Shown here in pieces: positions 9,980 through 18,300 of a DNA stretch of 32,000 bases. Under the pieces are notes generated by a model. The model saw only the letters and a list, made by a program, of their open reading frames with translations. It was not told where the DNA came from and searched no databases. Where the stretch lies: positions 75,058 to 107,057 of the forward strand of contig JAJRZD010000017.1 of the NCBI GenBank assembly GCA_024275415.1, written 5' to 3'. The stretch's first letter is position 1; every line of letters starts with the position of its first letter. A program made the translations under genes and the position numbers. This stretch comes from an archaeon (GTDB lineage Archaea > Asgardarchaeota > Thorarchaeia > Thorarchaeales > Thorarchaeaceae).

Positions 9980-10703
9980 GGGTGTGTCACTGGATGAGAT
10001 CGAGGTCTGCTTGCAACCTGTCGTACGCCTGCTTCCAAGGAGGCTCGACAGGACGCTTGGGGCATTGCTGTTGCCCAGACAGATATCGGTACTTCATGGT
10101 GCCGAACGGGCTCCTCTGAGTATTATTGCTCACGGAGTCACTGTGTCCAGTCTTCGTCAGAAAAAGGACGCTCGTGTTGTGTTCCTTGACAGTGGTAGCA
10201 ACTACAAACCTAGAACCATCAGGAACCTGTGTAAGATGATGGGCATTTCAGGGGACGATATCAAGCGGATCGTTGTGGGAAAAGTACTTGACCTTTACAA
10301 CCTTGAGCGGATGGTCGCGCAAGTCAAAGGTATGCATGACGTTACAGTGGTCATTCTTGACAATCTGACCTCCACCCTTAACAAATCATTTCCTCCCGGA
10401 AGCAAAGGACGACAGAGGCAGTTATTCCAGACCCTAGAAGATTTCAGGGATCTAGTGAACGAGATCGGATGTCACTTGCTCATCACTGACCATTCTTCTG
10501 TTGACTGGAACTCTGGTGCTAGAACTCCCGTCGGAGGAAATGTATTAGCCCATGCTGTCGACACTCTGGTGTCTGTGACCGTCATCGATTCACATGAACA
10601 TCTGGTTTCGCTCCTTGTGGAACAGACCCCGGTCACACCGATGCCAGCAGGATGTGTGCTGGTCGTAACAGTGGATGGGATACGCACAATAAAGGGGGCC
10701 TGA
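9966..10703 (+). CDS. RecA/Rad51-paralog-like protein with degenerate Walker A
   Basis: RecA-fold layout: ISVLHGAERAPLS (Walker A position, no GKT), VVFLDSGSNY, VVILDNL (Walker B), CHLLITDH and PVGGNVLAHAVDTLV (cf. RadA/RadB GG..LAH). SD GGAGGT. Confidence 0.7.
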   Translation: MLPIEGVSLDEIEVCLQPVVRLLPRRLDRTLGALLLPRQISVLHGAERAPLSIIAHGVTVSSLRQKKDARVVFLDSGSNYKPRTIRNLCKMMGISGDDIKRIVVGKVLDLYNLERMVAQVKGMHDVTVVILDNLTSTLNKSFPPGSKGRQRQLFQTLEDFRDLVNEIGCHLLITDHSSVDWNSGARTPVGGNVLAHAVDTLVSVTVIDSHEHLVSLLVEQTPVTPMPAGCVLVVTVDGIRTIKGA

Positions 10704-10711
10704 GAACAGAC

Positions 10712-11707
10712 ATGGGCGTGCGCAAATGGGACTTCATCCAGTGGGAACTTGCAGACCTTGACGAGATACGACCACGGGTAATGGCAATTGATACCCCGAA
10801 CTACATCACTCGACTGACACAATCGTATGTATATCATCAGAAACGGAGGGATGCAGAACGGATTCCCACGCAACATGTCTGGGCTGTCCTCGGGATAATA
10901 AGACAGGCACTACGACATGGCTTCACTCCGGTATTCGTCTTTGATGGGCCACCAGAAGCCTTGAAACGCCCTCCCAATCCTGAGCTGGTTTCGTCAGCGA
11001 CGGAGCTGTACAGGAAGTTTCGTGAACATAATGACATCTACAACTCGCGATTGGCAGAAGCACTCAACGATAGCAAGGCTATGCAATGGTATTTTGCAGT
11101 CAACCACTTGAAGGATCTGTTCAAGGCCATTGGCATCCCTTCATTCACCGCACCAAGTGAGGCAGAGATGGCAGCTGCGGTTATGGTAAGTGATGCAACT
11201 GCCGGCACTGTTGTCACGAATGACATCGATGCACTCCTTTTCGGGGCACCCCATGTGACCAGGGCAGTCAAGTTCGCTAAAAAACAGATCGAGAGGGTAT
11301 ACCTGAATGATGTGGCGGCAGGGCTCAAGACAGACCTAACTCGTCTCAGAGACCTTGCAATCCTATGTGGGTGTGACTTCTATCCGAGTGGCATCAAGGG
11401 CATCGGCCCCCGCAAGGGACTGGCTCTCCTCAATCAACACGGAAACCTAGAGAGAGTCCTAAAGGCAAGGGGACTCCCCCCAAATGAACGGGCAACAATC
11501 CTCGATGCTAGGGCAGTCTTCGACGAACCTATGTTCCTCCAGTTAGATGGAATCCCCTCCTCGATAAACCCCCCCTTAGTGTCCCGAGTCAGCGAACTGT
11601 TACGCCCCGTCATGGGGAAGGAACGTGCAAAGAAAACTACAGAAGAACTGGTCAAACTCTGGAAAGAGTTCGGTCGAGAGCAAGTCACATTGGAGAGGTG
11701 GACATAG
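10712..11707 (+). CDS. fen: flap endonuclease FEN1/XPG family nuclease with C-terminal PIP box
   Basis: ATG 10712 gives MGV. All seven acidic active-site positions are present (AIDT, VFDG, SEAE, NDID, GCDF), with H3TH GIKGIGPRKG. C-terminal QVTLERW fits the archaeal PIP box QxxLxxW. Confidence 0.9.
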   Translation: MGVRKWDFIQWELADLDEIRPRVMAIDTPNYITRLTQSYVYHQKRRDAERIPTQHVWAVLGIIRQALRHGFTPVFVFDGPPEALKRPPNPELVSSATELYRKFREHNDIYNSRLAEALNDSKAMQWYFAVNHLKDLFKAIGIPSFTAPSEAEMAAAVMVSDATAGTVVTNDIDALLFGAPHVTRAVKFAKKQIERVYLNDVAAGLKTDLTRLRDLAILCGCDFYPSGIKGIGPRKGLALLNQHGNLERVLKARGLPPNERATILDARAVFDEPMFLQLDGIPSSINPPLVSRVSELLRPVMGKERAKKTTEELVKLWKEFGREQVTLERWT

Positions 11708-11904
11708 TGGACAGGCGTATGGTTCTCCCCGAAGATGCATTGAACTCTCCTATTATCGAGTCTGTGTCAAGTCCTTGTGTCGCCTGCATACACTATACCT
11801 ACTTTGGTTGTACTCTTGGACACCCTTGCGCTAGAAAGGTCGTATGGAACGCAATCCAGAGGAGGATCGATTCAAATGAAAAAGAACAAGACCGAACTAT
11901 TTGA
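11698..11904 (+). CDS. small Cys-rich putative metal-binding protein (CX2CX7CX5C)
   Basis: 68 aa, with Cys codons at 11776, 11785, 11809 and 11827. The start is uncertain (GTG 11698, GTG 11707 or ATG 11719). Confidence 0.55.
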   Translation: MDIVDRRMVLPEDALNSPIIESVSSPCVACIHYTYFGCTLGHPCARKVVWNAIQRRIDSNEKEQDRTI

Positions 11905-12022
11905 TATCAGGCAAGAATATGGGACAGTGCTGAGAAAGCATATGCATAGTTCAGGCACTATCACCCAAAACACCCGGACGGTGAGAGTGGCATCTAGCAT
12001 GAGGGTGGAGGTGGACGAATGA
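11876..12022 (+). CDS. possible 48-aa hypothetical protein
   Basis: ATG 11876 follows GAGGAGG and fills the gap before xpf, with an ATGA overlap at 12019-12022. No recognisable motif. Confidence 0.3.
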   Translation: MKKNKTELFDIRQEYGTVLRKHMHSSGTITQNTRTVRVASSMRVEVDE

Positions 12023-12762
12023 GTATCGCAGACGACATCATCATCAATGACTTGGAGCTTGAGATGATCATCAGGGACTGTCCTCAGAACAGGATCATTT
12101 ACGATTCACGAGAGAGCTCAGACTACATCACAAAGCTTCAGGCAATCCTTGTCAACGAGGGGCTTGAGTGGGAGCGGATAATGCTGCCTATTGGGGACTA
12201 TATAGTCAATGGGACAGTGATTGAGCGGAAGACCCCAGAGGATTTTTTGAACTCGATTTATCCTGTTCCGCGTCTGAATAACCAGTTGGTTCATATGTCA
12301 AGGAATTGTGCAGAGTCCGTCATTGCTATCATCGGTAATCCCTGGGCCGCCACTGGACAAGATCCAGTACGAGAAGCCATCGTTTCATCCGCGCTCGCGA
12401 GTATCTGGAAACGGAGGGCCGCTGATGGTGTTAGAGGGATTGTCATCCCCCAAGTGTTCTTGCCTCCTGATGCCGACAGGAGGTTCGCACTTTGGCTGAA
12501 AGCGCTCAGTAGGAAGGAGCCGGTCAGAGAGCTCAAGTTGAGCAGAGGTGCGACAAGTGGTGGAAACCAGTTAGTGCGGACTGTGTCAACTGTGCCCGGA
12601 TGGGGTGTTGAGCTGTCCCGAAGAGCATTGGAAGCGTTCGGTACACTCAAGATGCTGATTGACGCGTCTCCCTCGGATTTGAGCGAGCGTATTGATAATG
12701 TTGGATCAGCCAAGGCTAAGATATTCCATGAATTCTTCAGAAGGCCTTACAATAATAGTTAA
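12019..12762 (+). CDS. xpf: short-form XPF/ERCC4 (Mus81/Hef-type) structure-specific nuclease with HhH2 domain
   Basis: GDYIV...ERKTPED (GDY plus ERKx3D) and RLNNQL. Tandem HhH motifs STVPGWGVELS and IDNVGSAKA. SD GGAGGTGG. Confidence 0.88.
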   Translation: MSIADDIIINDLELEMIIRDCPQNRIIYDSRESSDYITKLQAILVNEGLEWERIMLPIGDYIVNGTVIERKTPEDFLNSIYPVPRLNNQLVHMSRNCAESVIAIIGNPWAATGQDPVREAIVSSALASIWKRRAADGVRGIVIPQVFLPPDADRRFALWLKALSRKEPVRELKLSRGATSGGNQLVRTVSTVPGWGVELSRRALEAFGTLKMLIDASPSDLSERIDNVGSAKAKIFHEFFRRPYNNS

Positions 12763-12786
12763 CGTGTGACCAACACCTTGCATACA

Positions 12787-14493
12787 TTACTCGCCAGGTG
12801 AGGACCAAGGATCCATACCATCACTCAGGAACGGATAAAGACGAGTTGGCAATGAAATATAGCTGCTCTGCTCTTCATGGACCAGAGTGGCTGCAAAATC
12901 CAAACCTTTTGCTTCAAGTTCCTCCCGAATCTTGCTGCGTACCAAGACACTCCTTAATCTGGGTGTTCGCAAGAACGTGACTAGATTCCTGCCATCACGT
13001 GATAACAGGATCCGAGCAAAAGGGATAGCATCTCGGAACCAACTGATTGCCCAGTCTATTTCCTTCTTCCTAGCATTCCTAATGGCAAGGAGAAAGACCT
13101 CCGGAAGACCCGCTAACTCCAGCCTAGGATGGTGGACTACGTCTATGATGCCCGAGTCCATGAAATTCTGCATGAACTTTTGCGGATTCCATCGGTCCTC
13201 GCCCAACCACCTTAGCAGAAGGTGTTGGCTTTCTCTAGAAGATATGTTCCAACACATCCTAGACAGCACAAAGAATTCTTTCCGTGGTGGGATTCCTGCC
13301 ATGCGGTCTGTGAGCGTGCTTCCACACAGACGCGAAAGGGTCTCATCGGGGATACCTTGATGGTTCCAAGGGGCCACGACCCACTCTCCAGACTCTCGCT
13401 TGAACAAGTCGTATCTTATCGAGATCACTTCATTGTCCACCACTACATCGATTGCCCCGTCCGGCAGCGCCCTTGGTCCTCCAGATGACACCGGCTCCAG
13501 ATGTACTTGGACCGAACGGAAGGGTGAAGATGAAAGATAAAACGTCGTCGCATAAGTGGCAATATTGACCGGACCGGGCACACCCGGGAAGAATATGAAC
13601 CGATAACGCAATCCCAATGCGTTCGGGCTCAATATGAACCGTCGAGAGAACATGTGAGTTGGGATATCGGTAGCTGCGGGGACACTGATGTCAAGGAGAG
13701 TGGCGAGGGACTTTGCCGATAATGCATGGAGCACATTACTATGGAGAAGACTTGATGCTACCGTGAACATCTGGGAGTTCCTGAGGAGGTTCATGCCCGA
13801 CCACAATCGCATGATGAATCGTCTATGTGAGTCATTCCAGAGTAGCGTGTCGGGAGTCAAAGTCAATGATGGGACGTATGTCCGGGGTAGTTTCTCATCG
13901 CCTCTCGAATTGACACATGCTATCCATTCGACCTTTTGTTTCAACATTGACACTACGCTATAGATGAAAAGGAGTGCATTGGTAAAGGGGTCAAGATCAG
14001 GCGAAGCAAGTTGGGGTTTGTATTTCCTACGCAGTCCCATGAGCATGATCCTGCCAATGACATAGGCCAGACTATGGCGAGTTTCCAGCTCTGATAGCAA
14101 GTCAGGGTCTGATTTCAGTTTCCGCCTTATCCGTTCGAGATAATCGGGGTCATTCCGGTGCTGTTTCACATACTCCATGAATCCTTCAGGACTGCTATCC
14201 ATCGTTAGGGGGTGGTCAGGAAGCAACGTGTACACCTGAAACCAGAAGGTCTGACCAAAGGGTGTCCTTCCAACCGTGCGGATATCAGGATGGTACTTGA
14301 GGAACTTGTCATATGTCCATCCTTCTTGTCTGAACGGATGTATGTTTCGGGACTTCTCGAACTCGGTAATTGAGAATGCCGGATACCCGTTAGGATATAG
14401 ATGCTTGTCAGCAAGAGATCTCAGTACCAATCTGTCCTGATAGACTCGACTCTTGCTTGAACGCATAACCTCCAGTGGTATCCTCATCGCCAC
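12787..14493 (-). CDS. hypothetical protein, probably with tandem Lrp/AsnC-like HTH and effector-binding modules
   Basis: 568-aa ORF. LSAKSLATLLDIS is HTH-like. ILSPNALGLRYRFIF and FMDSGIIDVVHHPRLELAGLPEVFLL resemble the Lrp hinge. Recognised by eye only. Confidence 0.5.
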   Translation of the reverse strand: MAMRIPLEVMRSSKSRVYQDRLVLRSLADKHLYPNGYPAFSITEFEKSRNIHPFRQEGWTYDKFLKYHPDIRTVGRTPFGQTFWFQVYTLLPDHPLTMDSSPEGFMEYVKQHRNDPDYLERIRRKLKSDPDLLSELETRHSLAYVIGRIMLMGLRRKYKPQLASPDLDPFTNALLFIYSVVSMLKQKVEWIACVNSRGDEKLPRTYVPSLTLTPDTLLWNDSHRRFIMRLWSGMNLLRNSQMFTVASSLLHSNVLHALSAKSLATLLDISVPAATDIPTHMFSRRFILSPNALGLRYRFIFFPGVPGPVNIATYATTFYLSSSPFRSVQVHLEPVSSGGPRALPDGAIDVVVDNEVISIRYDLFKRESGEWVVAPWNHQGIPDETLSRLCGSTLTDRMAGIPPRKEFFVLSRMCWNISSRESQHLLLRWLGEDRWNPQKFMQNFMDSGIIDVVHHPRLELAGLPEVFLLAIRNARKKEIDWAISWFRDAIPFARILLSRDGRNLVTFLRTPRLRSVLVRSKIREELEAKGLDFAATLVHEEQSSYISLPTRLYPFLSDGMDPWSSPGE

Positions 14494-14752
14494 ATCATAT
14501 CCACATACCTGTTGCAGTCAATGGTTAAAAAAACACCCATCCTTGTTAATATTTGAGGTGAAACTTTCGCCAATCGGTATTATTATCGCTTTGTTTATTT
14601 GTATGGGTGCTAAAACCTGATAATTTTTGCAAATACCAATCAATACAACGCATCATGTTATACAGAAGTCTATCATTCCTTTATCATGGTAAACGAAAGC
14701 TACATGCCTATTGGTTTCCCCTTATACGTGGAGAGATTGTAAATTGCAATTG
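14494..14752. promoter_or_regulatory. AT-rich divergent promoter region
   Basis: ~260-nt non-coding gap between divergent genes, much more AT-rich than its flanks, with several TATA-like runs (TTAAAAAAA, TTAATATTT, TTATAC). Confidence 0.5.
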
Positions 14753-15343
14753 ATGGACATCCAAACACTGGTTCTGGTCAACCTGTTCTTATCCATCCAG
14801 CTCACGCCGCTTGTACTTGTGAGCGTGACCATAATCAGGGGAGTCCTTCTGCTACGAGGTCGGAAACGGGAGTTTGAGGACTGGACGAGAAACCCGTTGA
14901 TGGCGGTACTGTCTATCATCTTCCTTCCGGGAACATTGATCTACATAGGGATACGCTACGCCATCACGAGGCTGGCTCGAATCAGGGTTGACCGCATCAG
15001 CGGGTCAAGCACCTACGGAGAGGTCAACCTCTTTCTCGTCGTCGAAGATCCCCCAAGCCTTGGAATCGTCCTTGTCGCCCTTTATTCGACCTTAGTCCTG
15101 ACAGTCTTCGTAGCACTTACTCTTCTCGTGTTGCCCTTGGCACTAGTGCCCAATCTACCACTCTCGGTTCTCCTCTGGTATGTGGGAGTGGGCACTTTCT
15201 ACAATGCATCCGTCCGCAGCGGTGACGCAAGTCTTGTCCTTTCCTCGCTTCGGGACAACCCACGACGAGGAGCGCTAGAGCTTGTCGCATTCATCGCATT
15301 GCTATACATACTCCAAACACAACTCGTGGTGATGATCCTATGA
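14753..15343 (+). CDS. membrane protein resembling M50-like/zincin membrane peptidases but lacking HExxH
   Basis: Likely ATG 14753; the ORF track starts at 14711. IFLPGTLIYIGIRYAITRLARIRV aligns with the family pattern FLPGTxxHELSHxxxxxLxGxxV with H/E/H replaced, and a later VRSGD matches the PSxxD-like motif. ATGA overlap with the giant gene. Confidence 0.55.
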   Translation: MDIQTLVLVNLFLSIQLTPLVLVSVTIIRGVLLLRGRKREFEDWTRNPLMAVLSIIFLPGTLIYIGIRYAITRLARIRVDRISGSSTYGEVNLFLVVEDPPSLGIVLVALYSTLVLTVFVALTLLVLPLALVPNLPLSVLLWYVGVGTFYNASVRSGDASLVLSSLRDNPRRGALELVAFIALLYILQTQLVVMIL

Positions 15344-18300
15344 AACGCACGCATATCATCCGGATATTCAACGTCAGAGGTACCCGACAAGTAATGGTCA
15401 CTATTGTTGCTATGTTCCTCTTTGTCAACTTTGCTGGCTCTTTGTTCGCACAAGTACCACTGACCGGACATGCTTCAGCCGAGGGGGTGAATGACCACTA
15501 CCCACTGGAATCAACATCCTTCATCCCTTCGGCATCACTCGGAACACCTGCAAGAGTTGGGGAGTATATCATTCTGCGCTACACTGGCCAAAGCACGCCA
15601 AGCAGGGCTACATCTCTTGAGAGTCTGATGGTATCATGGGGGATGATTACCACCACCTATGACGTTACTGATGTCATGGGAAACCCAGAGGTCTTGAGAG
15701 ATGCCCCTGCAATCATTATCGATGGTAGTGTTGGTTCGGACCAAGGGATTGCCATTCCACGAAGCGTCATCATCGCGCTCATTCAGGCTGACAGACCTGT
15801 CATTCTCCTAGGCAATGCGAGCTGGCTCGTTCCAGCTCTGTCTGGGCACAAAGGTCCCCCCATCAAGACTGCTCCGGTGACGACACAGTTCTTTCCAGAT
15901 CACGGAGCAGTCTACTCGGTCTATCCGAACAACATCACGGACGGAGCAACTCTCACCTCTGAGTCATTGACATTACCGATTAATCCTGTCCAGACTGAAT
16001 ATTCTAGACTGGTCAACCTGACATCGAGCAGCAATCCGTCTGTTCTTCCGGTACTCCAGTATCTCTCTTACCGGCTTGACACATTCATCGTGGGATTGGG
16101 AGATCCCCTTCTCTGGACTACAGACGGAGAGATGTTGCTTGAGAATATCATTGCCTACGCCACTACCCTATCAGAATCACCGACAAGCGTGGCGATAGGG
16201 GACACACAATATTATGACACAGTTTCAGGAGGACTTGCCTACGGTCATGTCCCCGAGGTGAAAAACACATACTATGCGGTTCATATGGCATATGACCTAC
16301 TGAGTCCGTCTGAGTTCTCAACATGGGCCCTTCAGAGAGAATCCGTTGTATTCTCCATCCTTTCTGACCTATATGTGGATGAGGGATCCGTTTCTGGTTT
16401 CAAGAAGAACAGATATGCTACAGGGACAGACCTTGTATCGACTGCACAGGGACTCTGGGTCATGGAAACTATGGGACTTGCTTCTTATTTTGTAGAGGCA
16501 GAAGTCATCTCGTATCTCTCCAACGCCCAAGACGCGGATGGTGGGTTTGCAAACGATGTGACGACAACATACCTTGTGACAGAAGCATTGGCGGTCTCTG
16601 GATCGCTTTCGACCGTGAACACCGCCAATCTCATCTTCTGGCTGCACGAGTGCCAGGTCAAATCTGCTGACAGCGGGGACATAGCCACTTGGGGTGGCTT
16701 TGGCAAGAATCCGACAGACGGGAACCCCTCATCGCTCTACACCTTCCAAGGGCTTCTAGCCCTGCAGTTCCTGAATGAGGGACACGACGACCTCAAGACA
16801 GTAGAATGGTTATGGAACCGGATGAATGGTGATGGCTCGTTTGATAATACGATTTCTGACGGTTCAGACCTCATTGTAGGTACTGCAAGTGCCATTGGTG
16901 CGCTGGAACTGTTCTCTGTGCTTGATACAGGGAACAAGTCACAGAGCCTTGGGTGGCTTGCGAACAAGCAACTCCCCTCTGGCGGCTTTGGGAATAACGA
17001 TGCAGATATCGTAGGAAGGACAAAGGACACCGCATACGTGGCCTTGAGCCTTGCGGTTCTTGGGGAGAGCGCGAACCCAATTGCATCGTCCATCATGTCA
17101 TTCATTAACACAATAGAACATGAGGCAGGGTTCGATGGCATGAGGATCATCCCCTCTTTGATGTGGGGTTATTATCTCGGCACCGCAGCAAGGTACAGTC
17201 ACGCGTCAGGCAGCGTCAACATGACCGATCTTGAGAGATACCTTCTGCGATTGACCGACATGAGCATCTATCCGCCATGGTCCAATATCTCAGCATATAT
17301 CACACCAGAATACAGCATAAACCAGTACTGGATGAAGAGCGTATGGACATATCTCTTCGGTGTCGGGATGGCTAATATCACTGGGGTTCAACTTACAAGC
17401 ACAGACTACATCGCCACCTACCTTGTTCAGCAACAGGACTCGTCTGGTCACTTCAAGCCCTACATCTATCCTAGCACACCACACATGCAATACTCGGTCG
17501 CTGCCGTAGAGGCACTCTATCTTCTAGACGCGCTAGATCTCATGTCTTATCGGGCACAGTTGGAATCTGCTGTTCTTGCCGAGTATGCAGCCGGCTCGTG
17601 GTCGGGTATTGGCTGGACACTTGAGCCATTGGCGGGAAACCAACCAGTCATAGATTGGCTCTCCACTCGTGCAGCAGCCCGGTTAGGCATCCTCAACACC
17701 ACGATGGCTGCCGAGATCGCATCATCAGTAATTGGACGACTTCAGTACACAGACCTGTGGGCGTTATCACGTGACGTGGCATCTCTATCTCTTCTTGACT
17801 CCATATTCTCCTCTGACTATCTTGGATACGTCAACAAATCCCAAGTTTTGGATGCATTACGTTCGTCTAGCTTACGTACCACCGGTTGGTACAACACGAC
17901 GTCAGTGTGGCAACCTCTATTCACATCGGGTGTTCTAGAGATGGTTTCGCAGCTGGGACTGCGAACGAATCTCACAGATGCGTTTGGTTCACGAATCACA
18001 GCCACACTGGCGTCACCACCCATTGTCGGGAACAACCTCGATATCGATGTGAACATCGAATCATCCCAGAACAATCATTCCATCTATGTCTACGCCTTTG
18101 GTACTTGGACACTGTTCGAGAATGTGACAAATACAGATACGCTTATTCTCACTGTCCCTGCTGATGCATCGATGCTGGGCCCCCAAGACATCTCGATTAT
18201 GCTATGGGACACTGGGCAGTCCCGTGCTTACGGTCTGGTTCCTACTACGGTCAGCAGTAGCCTGACAGGGAGCATGGTTCTCGATGAAACAATGTTGCTG

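Noticed and set aside
377-14414. Many antisense and alternate-frame ORFs in the track (e.g. 1291-1725, 3616-4389, 5622-6023, 9463-9885, 12887-13360)
   Set aside because: They lie wholly within longer motif-bearing genes and have no recognisable motifs or SD sites, so they are shadow ORFs.
16390-17530. Active squalene-hopene cyclase, protein prenyltransferase beta subunit or alpha-2-macroglobulin
   Set aside because: I found no DxDD, DxC or CxEQ catalytic motif, and the protein is extracellular with an Ig stalk.
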